A stretch of 64,000 nucleotides of DNA from Callorhinchus milii (lineage: Eukaryota): contig NW_024704742.1 in the NCBI RefSeq assembly GCF_018977255.1, positions 91,142,001 through 91,206,000 on the forward strand. The letters run 5' to 3'. The first letter of the stretch is position 1; each line of letters starts with the position of its first letter. Below, piece by piece: positions 38,113 through 51,111 of the stretch. A program made the translations under genes and the position numbers. Under the pieces are notes generated by a model. It saw only the letters and a list, made by a program, of their open reading frames with translations. It had not been told where the DNA came from and did not search any database.

Positions 38113-40889
38113 ATAATGACAACAACAATGATGTTATTTATTATTGGCATGGTACAGAGGAGTGCTGTAGCATCTATTTTGGTACACAGCCCCTTAAATT
38201 TTAGTTAAAGCTGGAAATTTACATGTTGCCAGCAAACAAAATTAAAGTCTTTCAACAGTTAACTGGGACCATTGGCGAAAGATATGTTTTGGGAGGGAGG
38301 TGAAATGAGAAATTATGATTTAAGTAGCGCGGTAAATAAGGAACACCATTTTAAAACTTTTTTTTAAAAAGAAATATCAATTGTATAATAAGTAATTACT
38401 TTTCTGTGGAAAATTTAGAGGGAAAGTCAGTTTTTCCTTTCTCTTTTATTAAGCTTTCCTTTTATTTCAGTGCTTATACAGAAAGGAAAAACTCACGAGT
38501 GGGGATTTCACATTTCCCCTGTGCTATGTGCAAGAATCATCAATATCTTTGGCAAGCAAATATCTACAAGATAGGGATACTGTGATGCAATTTTTATTGA
38601 AGTACTGGGTCTTTGGAGAACTAATTGTTCATGCTCTGGGCTGGACTCAAGCCATACGGATGTACAAGAGCAAGTCCCCTAGGAGGCTAAAGGACCTGGT
38701 TGCATACAAATTTTTAGCTGGTAACAATTATCACAAAAATGAACATGTTCAGCAGGGGCCAACTCATCTCCAGCTCTGTAGTAAATGTATAATTAAATAT
38801 TAAAATACTTCTGAAAAATCTTTCTTTAGCCTTTTTACAGAAATTCAGGCTGATAAAAGGAAAAACTCAAGTGAATTAGAGTGCTCAGATTTTATCAACA
38901 TCAAACCACAAGTGATTTTTTTGCCGTCTACATCTCACAGCTACAGTCAATAGATCTAAATATTTTACTGCACCCTGGCCAATTTATTGTTTGATGTTTA
39001 AAAACTCACCAAAAATCAAAGAAAATTCATTAAATCAGAGCCCTCCAATGAGTTGCTATCATCTTTGAAAGTTGAGTTTAACTGCAATATTGATAATTCT
39101 CTTTTTTCTGTGACAACAGCCACAAGGGAAATGTTTATTGTCAGAGTACAAAAGAAGATTGCCAATAACAGCAGGGAACAATGTACATATGACACCAAAG
39201 ACCAAACAGTGTGGTGCTCCACACAGCGTTCCTGTCAATACTACCTGACTTACAACTCTCCTCTCTCCTTCCTATATCACCCCCCACCCATCCAAAGTAG
39301 GCAGTGATCTTTTTATCTATCCCTGTATCTATTTTTTATATCAGATATTGTATTAAATGCATTTATGGGAAAGTTACAGTGGAAAAAAATTGGCAAAACA
39401 TATGTATTTGTTTCTACCCTGAATGACAAACTTCTATACAGATTTTAACAAGTGCATTTGTCTTAAGTTGTTAAAATATATCTTCACCACAATACATTTC
39501 TGTAACTATTTTTTAATGTTTACTTTTTGAATTCAAAATCAAGACTACATTTTCAGAATAGAATACTATCTTCAGCACCAGCAGTGGATTCTATGGTCTG
39601 ATTAATTTGAATCGATGGTTTTTTACACTTTTGAAGTACACACCCTGGACAATACTAAATCCCTCTCAGCTTTAGAACAACCACAAACTCTTTACTCATA
39701 TTTTGTTTTCAGGAATTTTGTAACCAACTCTGATGGGAGTTGAAAGCAACTTCACACGATAGTGCCATCTAATAAAGTGACTTCTGTTCAAATGTCCGTG
39801 AATAAGGGTGAAATACCTTCTTCTCCCATAAGCAAGAGAGATCTTCATAACTCACGTAATTTGTCATGTCTGTTTTCTTCTTTGCTCATACAATAAAAAC
39901 AGTATTTCACCGATGCCTACACAAGATGGCTTGCATTCCAATAATAGTGTGGAATGACAAAACAAATATTTACAATTTGGAGAATATAGATTTACCTCAC
40001 TGAGGTAGTCCACAAAAAAAGTATAATGCAATATAGTTTTACCTGAACACTCGAAAGTCTTTAAATGTTTTACAGAGATCCTGTCAAATTACTGTACCCT
40101 AATGAAAACAAATCACATCATTCACTCAATTATCAGCCAATGTTTTAGAAATCTTTAACTGTGAGTAAAATTCACAAAAATGTTTCATTAGTCATTTGTG
40201 ATTGTACAGGCCATTGTTACTTTAAGTGGTCTTTAGATGAGAGTACTAAAAATTATGAAGGCTATGTAATCAGAATGCAAATCATTGCATAGACTTTAAC
40301 CACCACCCCCTCCCCCACCTGTAGATGACAAAATCAAATGTGATAAGGAACCATCCTATAGAAGCTGCAAAGTAGCTTTGTGCTAAAATGAGTCTTCCCA
40401 ACCACATTCATAAACTGTAAAATGTCACACAAACAGCTTGATACTGAGTGTGGACTTCATTCTATCCTTCAGAAGTATAATTCCCCCCTTCGTGCAGTTG
40501 GCAATTTCATGATTTTAGGCGTTTTGAATTTACAATACACAATTTGAACAGATACTTTATCAATAAAAGAATGGTTCTTTCAGAATCCAGAACAGATATT
40601 AAGTAACCACAACATACTAAAACAGTACATAATCAAAATTTATGCTACCACCAAAGTCCTGGATGAAAATTCAAGCTATGAATCACAATTTAAAACTTAC
40701 ATTTTTGGAAGCAATTTTCCAAAATTAAGAGGCAGATTTGATTCTACTTATCGAGGTAAGATGGCTTACTAGGTATTACTAGACTGTTCATTGATTCATT
40801 GATCACCTTGTCCAGTGTGAAATAGCACTAAACAAAGAAAACAGGATGTTGTACTATACTGCTAAATCATTTGCCTTCAATTCCCCAGA

Positions 40890-41330
40890 AGTCAAGCTCT
40901 AGCTGTACCGTGCTCTGGGTAGGCCACACCCGGAGTTGTGCACAGTCTGGTCACTGTGATATAAAGGGACTAACCAAGGCCTAGAGGCGGTGCAGAGGAG
41001 AGCACTGAGGTTGATCCCCAGGGTTAGAAGGATGAGCTATGCAGAACAACTTGATAAGCTAGGGATTTTCAGCCTTGAAAAGAGACGTCTCAGAGGGGCC
41101 TTACAGAGGAATACAAGATATTTAAAGGGATAGAGAAATTAAACCAAAACAATACTTTCAGATTCACCGAGGCAACAAGACAAAAGGGCACAGGTTCAAG
41201 GTTGTGAAAAGCAATTGTCAAAATAAATACGGGAAGTATTTATTTACACAGAGTAATCAACACCTGAAATGAGTTAAAAGGATCAACTGTGGAGACCAAA
41301 AGACTGGACTCAAAACAGCTTTATGCTGTA
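40890..41330 (+). mobile_element. CR1 LINE ORF2 C-terminal fragment
   Basis: LYRALGRPH, LEAVQRRALRLIP, SYAEQLDKLGIFSLEKRRLRG. Confidence 0.88.
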
Positions 41331-41789
41331 TAAAAAAAGCTTTAAAGAGAAGACAGTTAGCATGCTGGAAGGAATGATATCTAATAAGACCTATAGTCTT
41401 TCTCCAAATTTATCTAGTAAAAGATGCAAAGAAATATGTGCAACAAATCTATTTTGTTGTACAAAGTCTACCTACTATTGTGTGTGAGAGAGAAAGAGAG
41501 AGTTCAAACATTAAAATCACAAGATGAGTATACAAGGAAAACAAGGTGTTCTCAAATGCTCACTTGGTAAGTTGTGGGCGAGTGCGAGAGTAATTGGTTA
41601 CAACTGAAACTGTGTACAAATAGGAAGAGATGCCGTGAACTCAACCACGGTGGTACAGGCACAATTAGTCAAATGGCCCTTTCCTGTTCTTATTATATTA
41701 CATTTGGATGAATGGGTTTCTAGTCACAAAATTTCTTGGGGTTTAGTAGGACTGATGACATGTGTAGCCTTGGCTCCTACACAGTAATG

Positions 41790-42636
41790 TCCATATGTTT
41801 ATGGACTGCAGCTGAACGTCAGCAAGACTGAGAGTCTTTTGATTGGCTCGCGCCAGCGCCTCCACACCTCAGGCACTGGCAGCATCAGCATCGACAGATG
41901 CACACTCCACCTCACCAAGCCAGTCGGGAACCTGGGCGTTTCTTTTTGAACCTCAACTGTCTTTTCTCTCTCACATCCGTGCCATGATCCACTCTGTCTT
42001 CCCCCAACTCGGCAACATCGCCCGACTGCGCCACTGCCTCACCCCGCTGAACCCCTCATACTAGCATTTGTAACCCCAAGGCTCAACTACAGAAGCTCCT
42101 CCTTGTCGGCTCCCCAAATCTTCCCTCCACAAGCTGCAGATCATCCAGAACTCTGCAGCTCATGGTCTCTCCCACACCAGGCTCTGTGACCCCATCACCC
42201 CCACCCTCGCCCGGCTCCACTGGCTCCCCATCCCTCAGAGGATAGAATTCAAAATCCTCATCCTCACTTTCAAGGCCCTCCATGGCCTTGCTCCTCCTTC
42301 CTCTTTGACCTACTGACCCCATCAACCTGTCCGCTCCCCCCGCTCAGCCGGCTCCAGCCTGCTCCATGTCTCCGGCCCGACCCGCCCTACCATTAGTGGC
42401 CGGGCTTTCAGCCTTTCTGCCCGCAGTCCCTTCGCCTTGCTTCCTCTCTTGCCTCCTTCAAGACATAACTCAAGAACCTCCTTTTCGACCATGCCTTCAT
42501 CCACCCTCCTCCCTCTCTGCCCTCCTTCATCCCAACCTTGCACCCCCACCCTGGGTCCCGATCCCCGACTGTTCAGCGCCTTGGGACGTCCTCCCAACAT
42601 GAAAGGCGCTTTATGAATGAAATTTTGTTGTTGTTG
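41790..42636 (+). mobile_element. L2 LINE 3' portion
   Basis: LFEPQLSFLSHIRA...LGNIARLRHCLTP, cactggctccccatc (HWLPI), L2 stem-loop tail with (ttg)n. Confidence 0.92.
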
Positions 42637-43374
42637 CTTAGGAAGAAGAACGTAATCCCTTAAATGAAAAAAAGGAAGCTTGAAGGAAAAGTTAGGAAAA
42701 TATCAGGAAAAAAAACTAGGATTATGTGAGTGATAGATAACCAGCAAGGAGGTTTCAAAGACACCATCAAATAACTGATCAATAATTAGAGTTTAACTGA
42801 TCATATTCCAAGTCGATGTCAAACTGTTTCACTCCACAAAACTACCCACACTTTTTTGTGTTCACTTGGGTCAGAACATTCATTTTGCTTAGCGTTTTTG
42901 TTAAAAAAAACGCTAAATGTACTTCTTTCTTCCATGGAACTGAATAAGCAGTGATTAAGGGGAGCAAAACAGTTTAAACCCATTAGTGCTTTGGTCCTCA
43001 TTCCTCACGCTATAGGATCTCATTCTGGTGTCATATCCCCAGTCTTTTGAAGAAGTCACAACATAGACAAGACAAGAAACATTTCAAGAAACATATACAC
43101 ATTAGATTGCTGTTCAGGTCAGAGAGATGAATCTTGAACACAGGTTCTTTGGTTGCAAAGTTTGTATTAAATTCAGATATAAGGCGGTAAATGTGACATT
43201 CTTCCTCAATCATTCAATCTCCATATACCAATGAATCATTCAAAACTACTGGGAAAAAAACAAGAATCAGGAAACACTAATTGAGTCTTGAGGTTGACTT
43301 GAAACACTGAATTGCCAAAATGCCATCTTTTATCTAACAGGTAAAGACAACCCATTTTGTGAAAGTGTGCCTCA

Positions 43375-44754
43375 TCTTCACAAACTCCTTTAACTCTACC
43401 GACCTGGTCATCACTCTGCTCAGCAAACACTGACCTGCAATTTGACCCACCGCCATCATTACATTGCCTCAGATGGTTTATCCTCCATCCTTGCCAGGTC
43501 ACCTTGGGATACGACACAGGTATGGTCAACTTCCATATATATGGGATGATACATAAATCTACTTTTCCCCCATATGTGCTCTTATCAGACATCAAGGCCT
43601 GGATGAGCGCCAACTTTCTGCAACTGAATAGTGACAAGACAGTAGAGGTCCTCCTTGGCTCGAGGCAATGTCTTCTCATCTACAGCTACTTAATCTTCTG
43701 GCCTATCCCTCAGACTTGCTGAACCTGTGCACCACGTAGGCATCAGGTTTGAAACCCAGCTATCCTTCCTTTGCCAATTTGACCCTGACCAGGTCCACTT
43801 TCCTTCACCTCCGTCCCCCACATTGCTTGCCTTCGACCATACCTCACATCCAACACTGCTGAAACTCTTATCCATGTATTCATCACGTCTCGCCTCGAAT
43901 TCTCCAATGCCTCCTCGCCAGTCTCCCCAGGTTCACCATTCATAAAATCCAATTAATTCAAAAGTCCGCTGCCCATTTCCTATCCCATACTAAATTCCGC
44001 ATCCCCATCACCCCAGTCCTTGCCAGGCTTCACTGGCTCCCTATTTCCAAATAGAACAATTTCAAAATCCTCACTTAATTCCCTGGCATCTTCCTATCTG
44101 TCTGACCTTACAGCCCATTCCTCAACCCACCTCCTTCGCTCAACTAACTCGGCCGCCTGTACGTTCCTTCACCCCCTACATTCCTGAGACTCTGGAACTC
44201 TCTGCCTCAATCCCTCCACCTTGCCCCTCCTTGCCTGTCTTCAGATGGCACCTGAAGAGCTTCCTTTTCAGCCACATCAACTGTCATCCCCCCCTCTCCC
44301 CGGCTCAGCGTCAAGCACTTCGAGCTGCTACCCAGCATTAAGGATGCTATATAACAACAAGATTACATTTGTATAGCGTCTTCCACGTCGGGAGGACGTT
44401 CCAAGGCGTTGAAAAAATATAATAATCCTTGCATTTGATATAGCGCTTTTCACGTCTTCTCGACGTCTCAAAGCGCTTCACAGAATATGCTGTAAAGTGA
44501 ATTGACCGTACATTTGTGGGCGAAACGCGGCAGCCAATTGCGCACAGCAATGTTCCCACAAACAGTCATGGATTGAAAATGACCAATTTATTATTGTTTT
44601 GTTTTGGAGGGATTATTGTTAGGCATGTGGAGTAAGGAAACTTTCCCAAGGTTTCGCCCTGCTGGAATTGAACCCAGGTGTCTTGCTTGCAAGACGAGTG
44701 CTCTAACCACTGAGCTACAGGACTCCACATATAAATGCAAGTTGTTGTTGTTGT
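43375..44754 (+). mobile_element. Degenerate L2 LINE 3' portion, interrupted at 44354-44728
   Basis: LSDIKAWMSANFLQLNSDKTVEVLLGS and GIRFETQLSFL; tail gatgctat[insert]ataaatgcaagttgttgttg. Confidence 0.85.
44418..44728 (-). mobile_element. Full-length tRNA-Ala SINE, short subfamily, nested in an L2 3' end
   Basis: Reverse complement of the family from ggactccac (44728) to aataatccttgc. Confidence 0.92.
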
Positions 44755-45221
44755 CAAGCTTTGCTACTGTTAAGCACTCTGAGCCTCTTTCCCACATAAC
44801 CGACACTCTATAAATGCAAGTAGTTGTTGTAATCATTTTAACAAACATTATCTACCTACAATATCCATCTATCTACTGAGGTTACAGAAAAATATTTTCT
44901 AGGGAAGAAATATTACTGCATTGCATATCAAGCCGCATAGGCTGTGTGAGTAGTTATTTAGCTGCATAACAATTATATGAAGTGAAGGAAGAAACATTTT
45001 AATTAATTTTAATGAAGCCAGAACATAAATTTGCACGAGACAACATTGATGTAAACTGCACTGAAGTGATTATGAATTTAATACACAATATATCTCTACT
45101 GACTGCACTCGTTGAGAAAACCATTCCCATACAGTCTTATAATAATAACCCTTGCATTTGATTTGGCACCTTAAGTCACATCGTTGAAACGTCTCAAAGC
45201 GCTTTACAGGATATACTGTAA

Positions 45222-45638
45222 ATAATAATAATCCTTGCATTTGATATAGCGCTTTTCACGTCTTCTAGACGTCTCAAAGCACTTCACAGAATAGACTGTA
45301 GAGTGGATTGACCGTATTTTGTGGGTGAAACGCGGCAACCAGTTTTGCACACACAATGTCCCACAAACAGCCATGGAATGAATAATCAATTTTTTTTATT
45401 TGGGGAATTTGTTGGGTAGAACTCCCTTTTCCTTTCGAATAATGCCATGGCATCTTTAACGTCCATCTAAACAGGCAGATGGGACTTCGGTTTAACGACT
45501 CATCTGAAGGTTGGCACCTCTGACAATGCAACAGACCCCCCCAGCACTGCATTGAAGTATCAGCTTAGGCCTAGGGCCTGAACCCACAGCCTTCTGACTC
45601 AGAGGTGAGAGGGTTACCACTGGGCCAGGCAGACATAC
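45222..45638 (-). mobile_element. Deu-domain-type tRNA SINE (SacSINE1/AmnSINE-like), near full length
   Basis: Minus strand reads a head ...ctctcacctctgagtcagaaggctgtgggttcagg, a Deu-like body cagatgagtcgttaaaccgaagtcccatctgcctg...gacgttaaagatgccatggca, then the common SINE 3' module. Confidence 0.8.
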
Positions 45639-46514
45639 GAGTGAGGGGAGTGATAGAGGGGAAGAGGGGAGGTGCAGAATAGTTTTGTGCAAACATCTAC
45701 AGTCTGCATTTTGTGTAGAGGTGCTGAGGACATAAACAACATAAGGCACAATATCAAATGCAAATGTTATTACTACCTCCTGTATGAAAGGTGACCGACA
45801 CCAAAAGGATCTCACTCATATCACCCCTCTTTCCAAATCAAAATCTTCTGTGGAAAATAAGTCAAAAGAGTCAGATTGTAAATCTATGCATAGCTAGAAA
45901 AACTCAAATATTCTATAGAATGTGATCGTTCCTAAAATCTGGAAGCACAGAGCTAACCAAAGAAAAATAGTATAGAACGAGGATTTAACTGCAATATTTA
46001 TTAAAGAAGTTGTAAATAATAAATCTCACAGGTGACCAGATTCCAGACTCTTGATTCCAAATTAACTGCCACGTTTCATTCAAACGAAGGGCCTGAAACT
46101 CTACAGGAGATCAGTGTGACACATCTGCTTCTCAAGAATCCTTTAGCAAATATCACAAATTAGCCCCTTGGATGTTCAGATAAATGGCCAAGGTTGTGGC
46201 ATTCACAACCTGAATTGGGAGTACGATTTATAACTATTAAATCTTGGCAGAAAACAGTGTGCACGGATCTCACTGGCCTATGGGAACTCGGTTCCAAAAC
46301 ATAGGATGTAGATCATGTAAGAGTGCAGTTCCCATGAGTCAGCCTAATGTACATCTGTTAAAAACAAGATTAAATACTGTATTTACAAATCTTTTGGGAA
46401 TCCAGGTTTAGACTCCAGCTTCTTTGAGCCCATTGTCGATTTATTTTCAGGAGAGATCTGGGAGAAGCTTGGTAGCACTTTCCTTCAAAAGATGTATGTT
46501 TTGATCTAAAAACT

Positions 46515-46780
46515 CTGCTGCCCATTTTCTCACCCAAACCAACTCTACAACCTCATCACCCCAGTCCTTGACAAGCTTCAATGACTCCATATTGCAGAAC
46601 AGATAGATTTCAAGACTCTCACACTTACTTACAAATCAATTCATGGCCTAGCATCTCCCTAGCTCTCCAACCTGCTTACACCTGACTCCACTACCCACCC
46701 TTCACTCAGCTGTCTACGACCTTCTACATGTCCCTCGTCTCCACTGTTCCAACATCAGTGGCGATAACCTATTGCCACTA
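46515..46780 (+). mobile_element. L2 ORF2 fragment
   Basis: catcaccccagtccttgacaagcttcaatgactcc...gatttcaagactctcacacttacttacaaatc (ITPVL..L..L...IDFK.LTLTYKS). Confidence 0.75.
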
Positions 46781-49700
46781 AAAGTTTTTTTTTGGTCAGC
46801 CGGGTGTCTGACACATGTGAAAATCCATCGGCATGCTTAAGAGCATCCAAACCAGACAGTGTTCCGTGCATGCTCAAACACATGGAAATTCCTGTCTGGT
46901 ACTACTAAGAGTTTGGGTATGTAAGTATTCAGAATAGCATACATAATGCTTAAGGTTAATCCATTTTTTAAACTTTACAAGCTTGAGCAGAAGAAACATG
47001 CTTATTTGTTTTACCTTCCTTAGCGGGGATTTTTCCATTATTAGAATACAACTGTTGGCAGCCAACTGCATGTTTACCTGTGATCTGATTGATACCACTA
47101 CCTTCGATATTAAGAAATTCTTTAAATGTTCCAAGTGGATTTAGTTTTTCCAGAAATTAGTGTTTTAAGTTCACTATCCAGCTGTTTTGTAAAGGCACAG
47201 CTTTGATACGTCAAGGTTTTCAAATTCTCTCTGTAACTGCAGAACCATTTATAGCTTGGCTGGGTCAGAATGACATGAAGTGATGCAATTGATGACATGC
47301 TGGACAGCACAGCTGCTGGATGACAAACTAGTTCAAGTATCCAGCACCTGTACATCTTGACAACTGTCAGAAGAAAGCTAGAGGAACTGGGCCAAATCTT
47401 CCCGTTTGCTGGCCCTGTCTTAATCTTAAGCACAAATCCACTGTTCCTTGCAGACAAAATTGTCTCTTAAATCAAAATTGTATCTGGAAGGAGAAATGGT
47501 CATACATATAGTTTTATATTTATACTCGAGACAATTAAATAACTGCAATTAAACGACCATTAATGCAATGGTACTCCTCTCCTGGTCTTGAAACAGTGTT
47601 ATGTAACTAAAGTTTCATTTTAAATACAAAAGACAGTCAATCATTTCTTGGAAGTTTTTTCATTGCTCTATAATTTTTCAGGGGAGGGAAACATTGTCTG
47701 GGCTGTTTAGTTAAGAAAAACATCACAGAAGTCGATACTTTATTGTTCTGACGTTCTGACCTACCTACCTTGATTCAAAAACAATAAATCATCTAACTAT
47801 CTGGAGGGATAAATTACTTGGACTGGGTTAGCTCTGTGTGCAAATAAGTGTTTGGACCAGTTGGAAACTGCTACCTAATATCCCCAGCAAATTAGCATTT
47901 GTGGTATTTCTTTTTTTGCAGGTATAATCAATGCTGTTGACTTTTTTTGAAGATGTACACCAATCAGGACACTGCAAAGTAATTTATACTTTAGGACTGC
48001 AGCTGATTTCAACACATATTTAAAAATAAAAGTCAAAATGTCCCTTAAGCTTTAAATTTTAATAAAAAGCTAATCATACACCTGGTTCTTTTGTTTTTCA
48101 ATATTATTAATACAGTAATAACATTGGAAAACAAAGAAATGTTTGGCAGAGCAGAACCATTCAGAGGAATAAATATAAATCCAGCTTCCAACAACAAATC
48201 ACACAACTAGTGGGAGTAATGTTGGAATTCCTTTAGCTCTACAAAAACGCAGAAGTGATATAACAATGCAAGAATCTGCAATACGTAGAGAGCTTGAAAC
48301 CAAATACTATATCTGGCTAAGGAGAGTAAGGTTCGAGCCAACGGGATAAGAGGTTTGAATGATCACTATTGAACATTAAACAAGAAATTGTGCTCAGCAA
48401 CTGGAAGTTAATGCCATTGATACTGAAGCTGTTAACTTAAAAAATACAGTAAATATTAAAATATCTAAAAATCTATATAAAGAAAAGGGCAAGATTAAAG
48501 CGTGCAAAATGTATTTATTAAACAAATTAAACTGAACCAGGCAAGATGTCACAGGCTAGAGGAGTGTGGGAAAACCACAAGTTGTGTTGGAATATTAAAT
48601 CTGAAAGGGACAATAAGTGATGATTCCCTGTTGGGTATTAGCTTGTTCCATTTCATGTGGCAGTTGAATATATGAGGAAGAGCTAGCTGGTTCTATTTCC
48701 CCCATAAAACCTTGCTTATGGCTTTGATTCTGTAAAAACATGCCAAATTGCTTGAGTGTTATGAAATCTTAGAACAAAAGGCCACCTCTGATATAGAAAG
48801 TTGGAATGAAATGAATGTTGCCGAAAGGAGCAAGACTTTGATTTCTGCATTTTCTGCATTCTTCTGTCACAGTGAGTTCTTCTTTGATTCAGATATTTAT
48901 TACTCTGGGCCAAAAAGCTTATCACCACTTGAAGGAGACCCCTGATAAATGAGCCTTGGAGTCAGAGGCCTGCTAGAGGAGCCAAAGGCTTCTTCAACCC
49001 ACTATTCTCACTATCGTGCCTCTGGTGACTACATGAATGTGACATCAAAGCAAAAAACAGCTAGTTTGCTTCACATGAAGAGGAGGATTAAGTTCTTTAC
49101 TAGCTTAAAGAGATCTATCTAGCACTATACGGAAAGGTCACGCAGTTTGTATTACTTATAGCAATCTGTAAAGATGCAAAGGTAAGTGGGGACGGGAGAG
49201 AAATTGTGAGGAATATTTAAAATCTGAAATAATCCTCTCACTCCTCTCTCTCTGGTAGGAAGTGAATAGTGCACAACATTTATCCGGAGTTAACTACCCT
49301 GCTCTCTGTTGCTAGTGCAGATAATGCAATGTTAAAATAAAATACATCTGAGGTAATATATTTTCAAATTAGGGGATTCACTCTAAATATTAGTGTATGC
49401 AATTCAAAACAAATGCAACTGAACTGTGATCAAGCAATTGTATATCTGAAGCAAATAAAATTTAATTTATTTTAAAAGAAGTTTCTACATGTCTTGCTCT
49501 GAATAACAACCCCAAGTTTACATATTTAATTGGTTTTATAATCTCACACTGATCATCATAAAATCGACTTGTGACACATTGGGGTTTAATTTACCACTCT
49601 AAATTAAGAGACACATTTTCAAATATGAATTGCCTGGTTGTACCCCTCTATCGTTCTCAATGCCAACAACCTGAAGGCGATTAGTGCAAGTGTCGTAAGA

Positions 49701-50585
49701 TCATGGCAGTTCACTGCTGTAGCAATATCAGTGTTATTCTTGAGCTTTTACTTGTGCTGGTTTTCTGCTAACTGGCAGTCAAAAGCCATGATCTGGAAGA
49801 CGGACGTGCAACTTTCAGGATGTTAGTCCTGACAACTGGGACGACTAGACCACAAATTAAACTCCAGTATCTATATTATGTAATTGTAATGTGCTTTCAT
49901 CTACTCATCTGTTCTATGGTGAGCATTTCTGCGAAGACGGGAGTAGGAAGAAAAGCTCTTTGGGGAAAAAAGGAATCATATTTTATAGAAAGTGCATCAC
50001 AACAAGCCATTCATTTGTGTTTTCCTGCAGGGAAATTATCACAAGAGAGTAGTAGCCATCTTCAATGTTTTTCAACTCTTAACGTGGGATAAGGGAATAA
50101 AATAGTTCAAGTGTAATTTTTCCAGTGCAACTTATATGGCCAGAACAGAATATAAATGAAAAACAAATAAAGGGTTGGGTCTCTTATCTACAACCCTCAA
50201 TTGATTTTATTTTGTGGTTTAAAACTTCAAACATTGCTTCCCACACATTCTTCCCTATCATGACTGGAAATGTGCCATGTACTGCTAGTCTTCCTCAGCA
50301 GTTTCTACAATCTGAAAGACGCTGCATGCAGACTACCTTTGATAGTCAAGGAGAATCGGATGATGACTGCTGCAAAGTCAAAACATAAAAGAAATAAACT
50401 CAAAGAATCCAACTGCTTTATCTTTCTTTGTGAATTGTGCACCATTAAGGCGCTGCAGAAGGGAACATTTTTCCACTTTGTACCCAGTAAGAGCATCAAC
50501 AGCACAGTTCATCTACAGCACAGACCTATTCTGCTCCAACAAAAGGCTTAACCCAAATTTAGAAGAGCACCTCTTACTTGCACCA

Positions 50586-50817
50586 GACATTTCTATTTCC
50601 CACACCATTTATTCTTATAGTCGTTCTGAGGCCAATTAGTACCAAATTATGGGAAGTTTCATGCTGCAGATTCACATCTAGAAGCAATTGAGCTGAGACT
50701 GCCCAAGATCATTTCCCTCAGGATATTTAACAGCCAAGAGAGAGAAGAGACCTTAATTTGGTGCTAATTGGCCTCAGAACAACCATAAGGATAGATGATG
50801 TGAGAAGCCGAAATGTC
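50586..50817. repeat. Inverted repeat, 64-bp arms with 104-bp spacer; MITE-like relic
   Basis: 50586-50649 vs reverse complement of 50754-50817: 54/64 identical, ungapped. Confidence 0.9.
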
Positions 50818-51056
50818 GCCCTGGTCCAACACAGGTATTTTTCGGAATTTAACTTGAGTTTCATGGTTGGTTCAGTGTGGATTTGAAGTGCTGGATTTGA
50901 ACTCAGGGCCCCAAATCAAAATGACTGTGTAAAAATTAATGTTGAACGCTTCTGTAAAATCGGAACTTTATCCCTAATATTTATATTTGATAAAAGCAAA
51001 GATGTATACAAAATAACTGAAAAATTATTAATAAGTTTAAAACATAAGTAATTTAC

Positions 51057-51111
51057 CTCCACAAGGATAGTATCCACGGATCTCACGTAACTAATCAAGT
51101 GTTCTCGGTTT
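51057..51111 (-). CDS. ccdc171: CCDC171 small coding exon, (K)NREHLISYVRSVDTILVE
   Basis: Acceptor cctaacag, donor gtaaat. 55 bp (1+54) completes the phase-2 Lys codon and restores phase 0. Same 18-aa length as the recalled human segment DKECVANHMRAVENTLHK. Confidence 0.85.
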
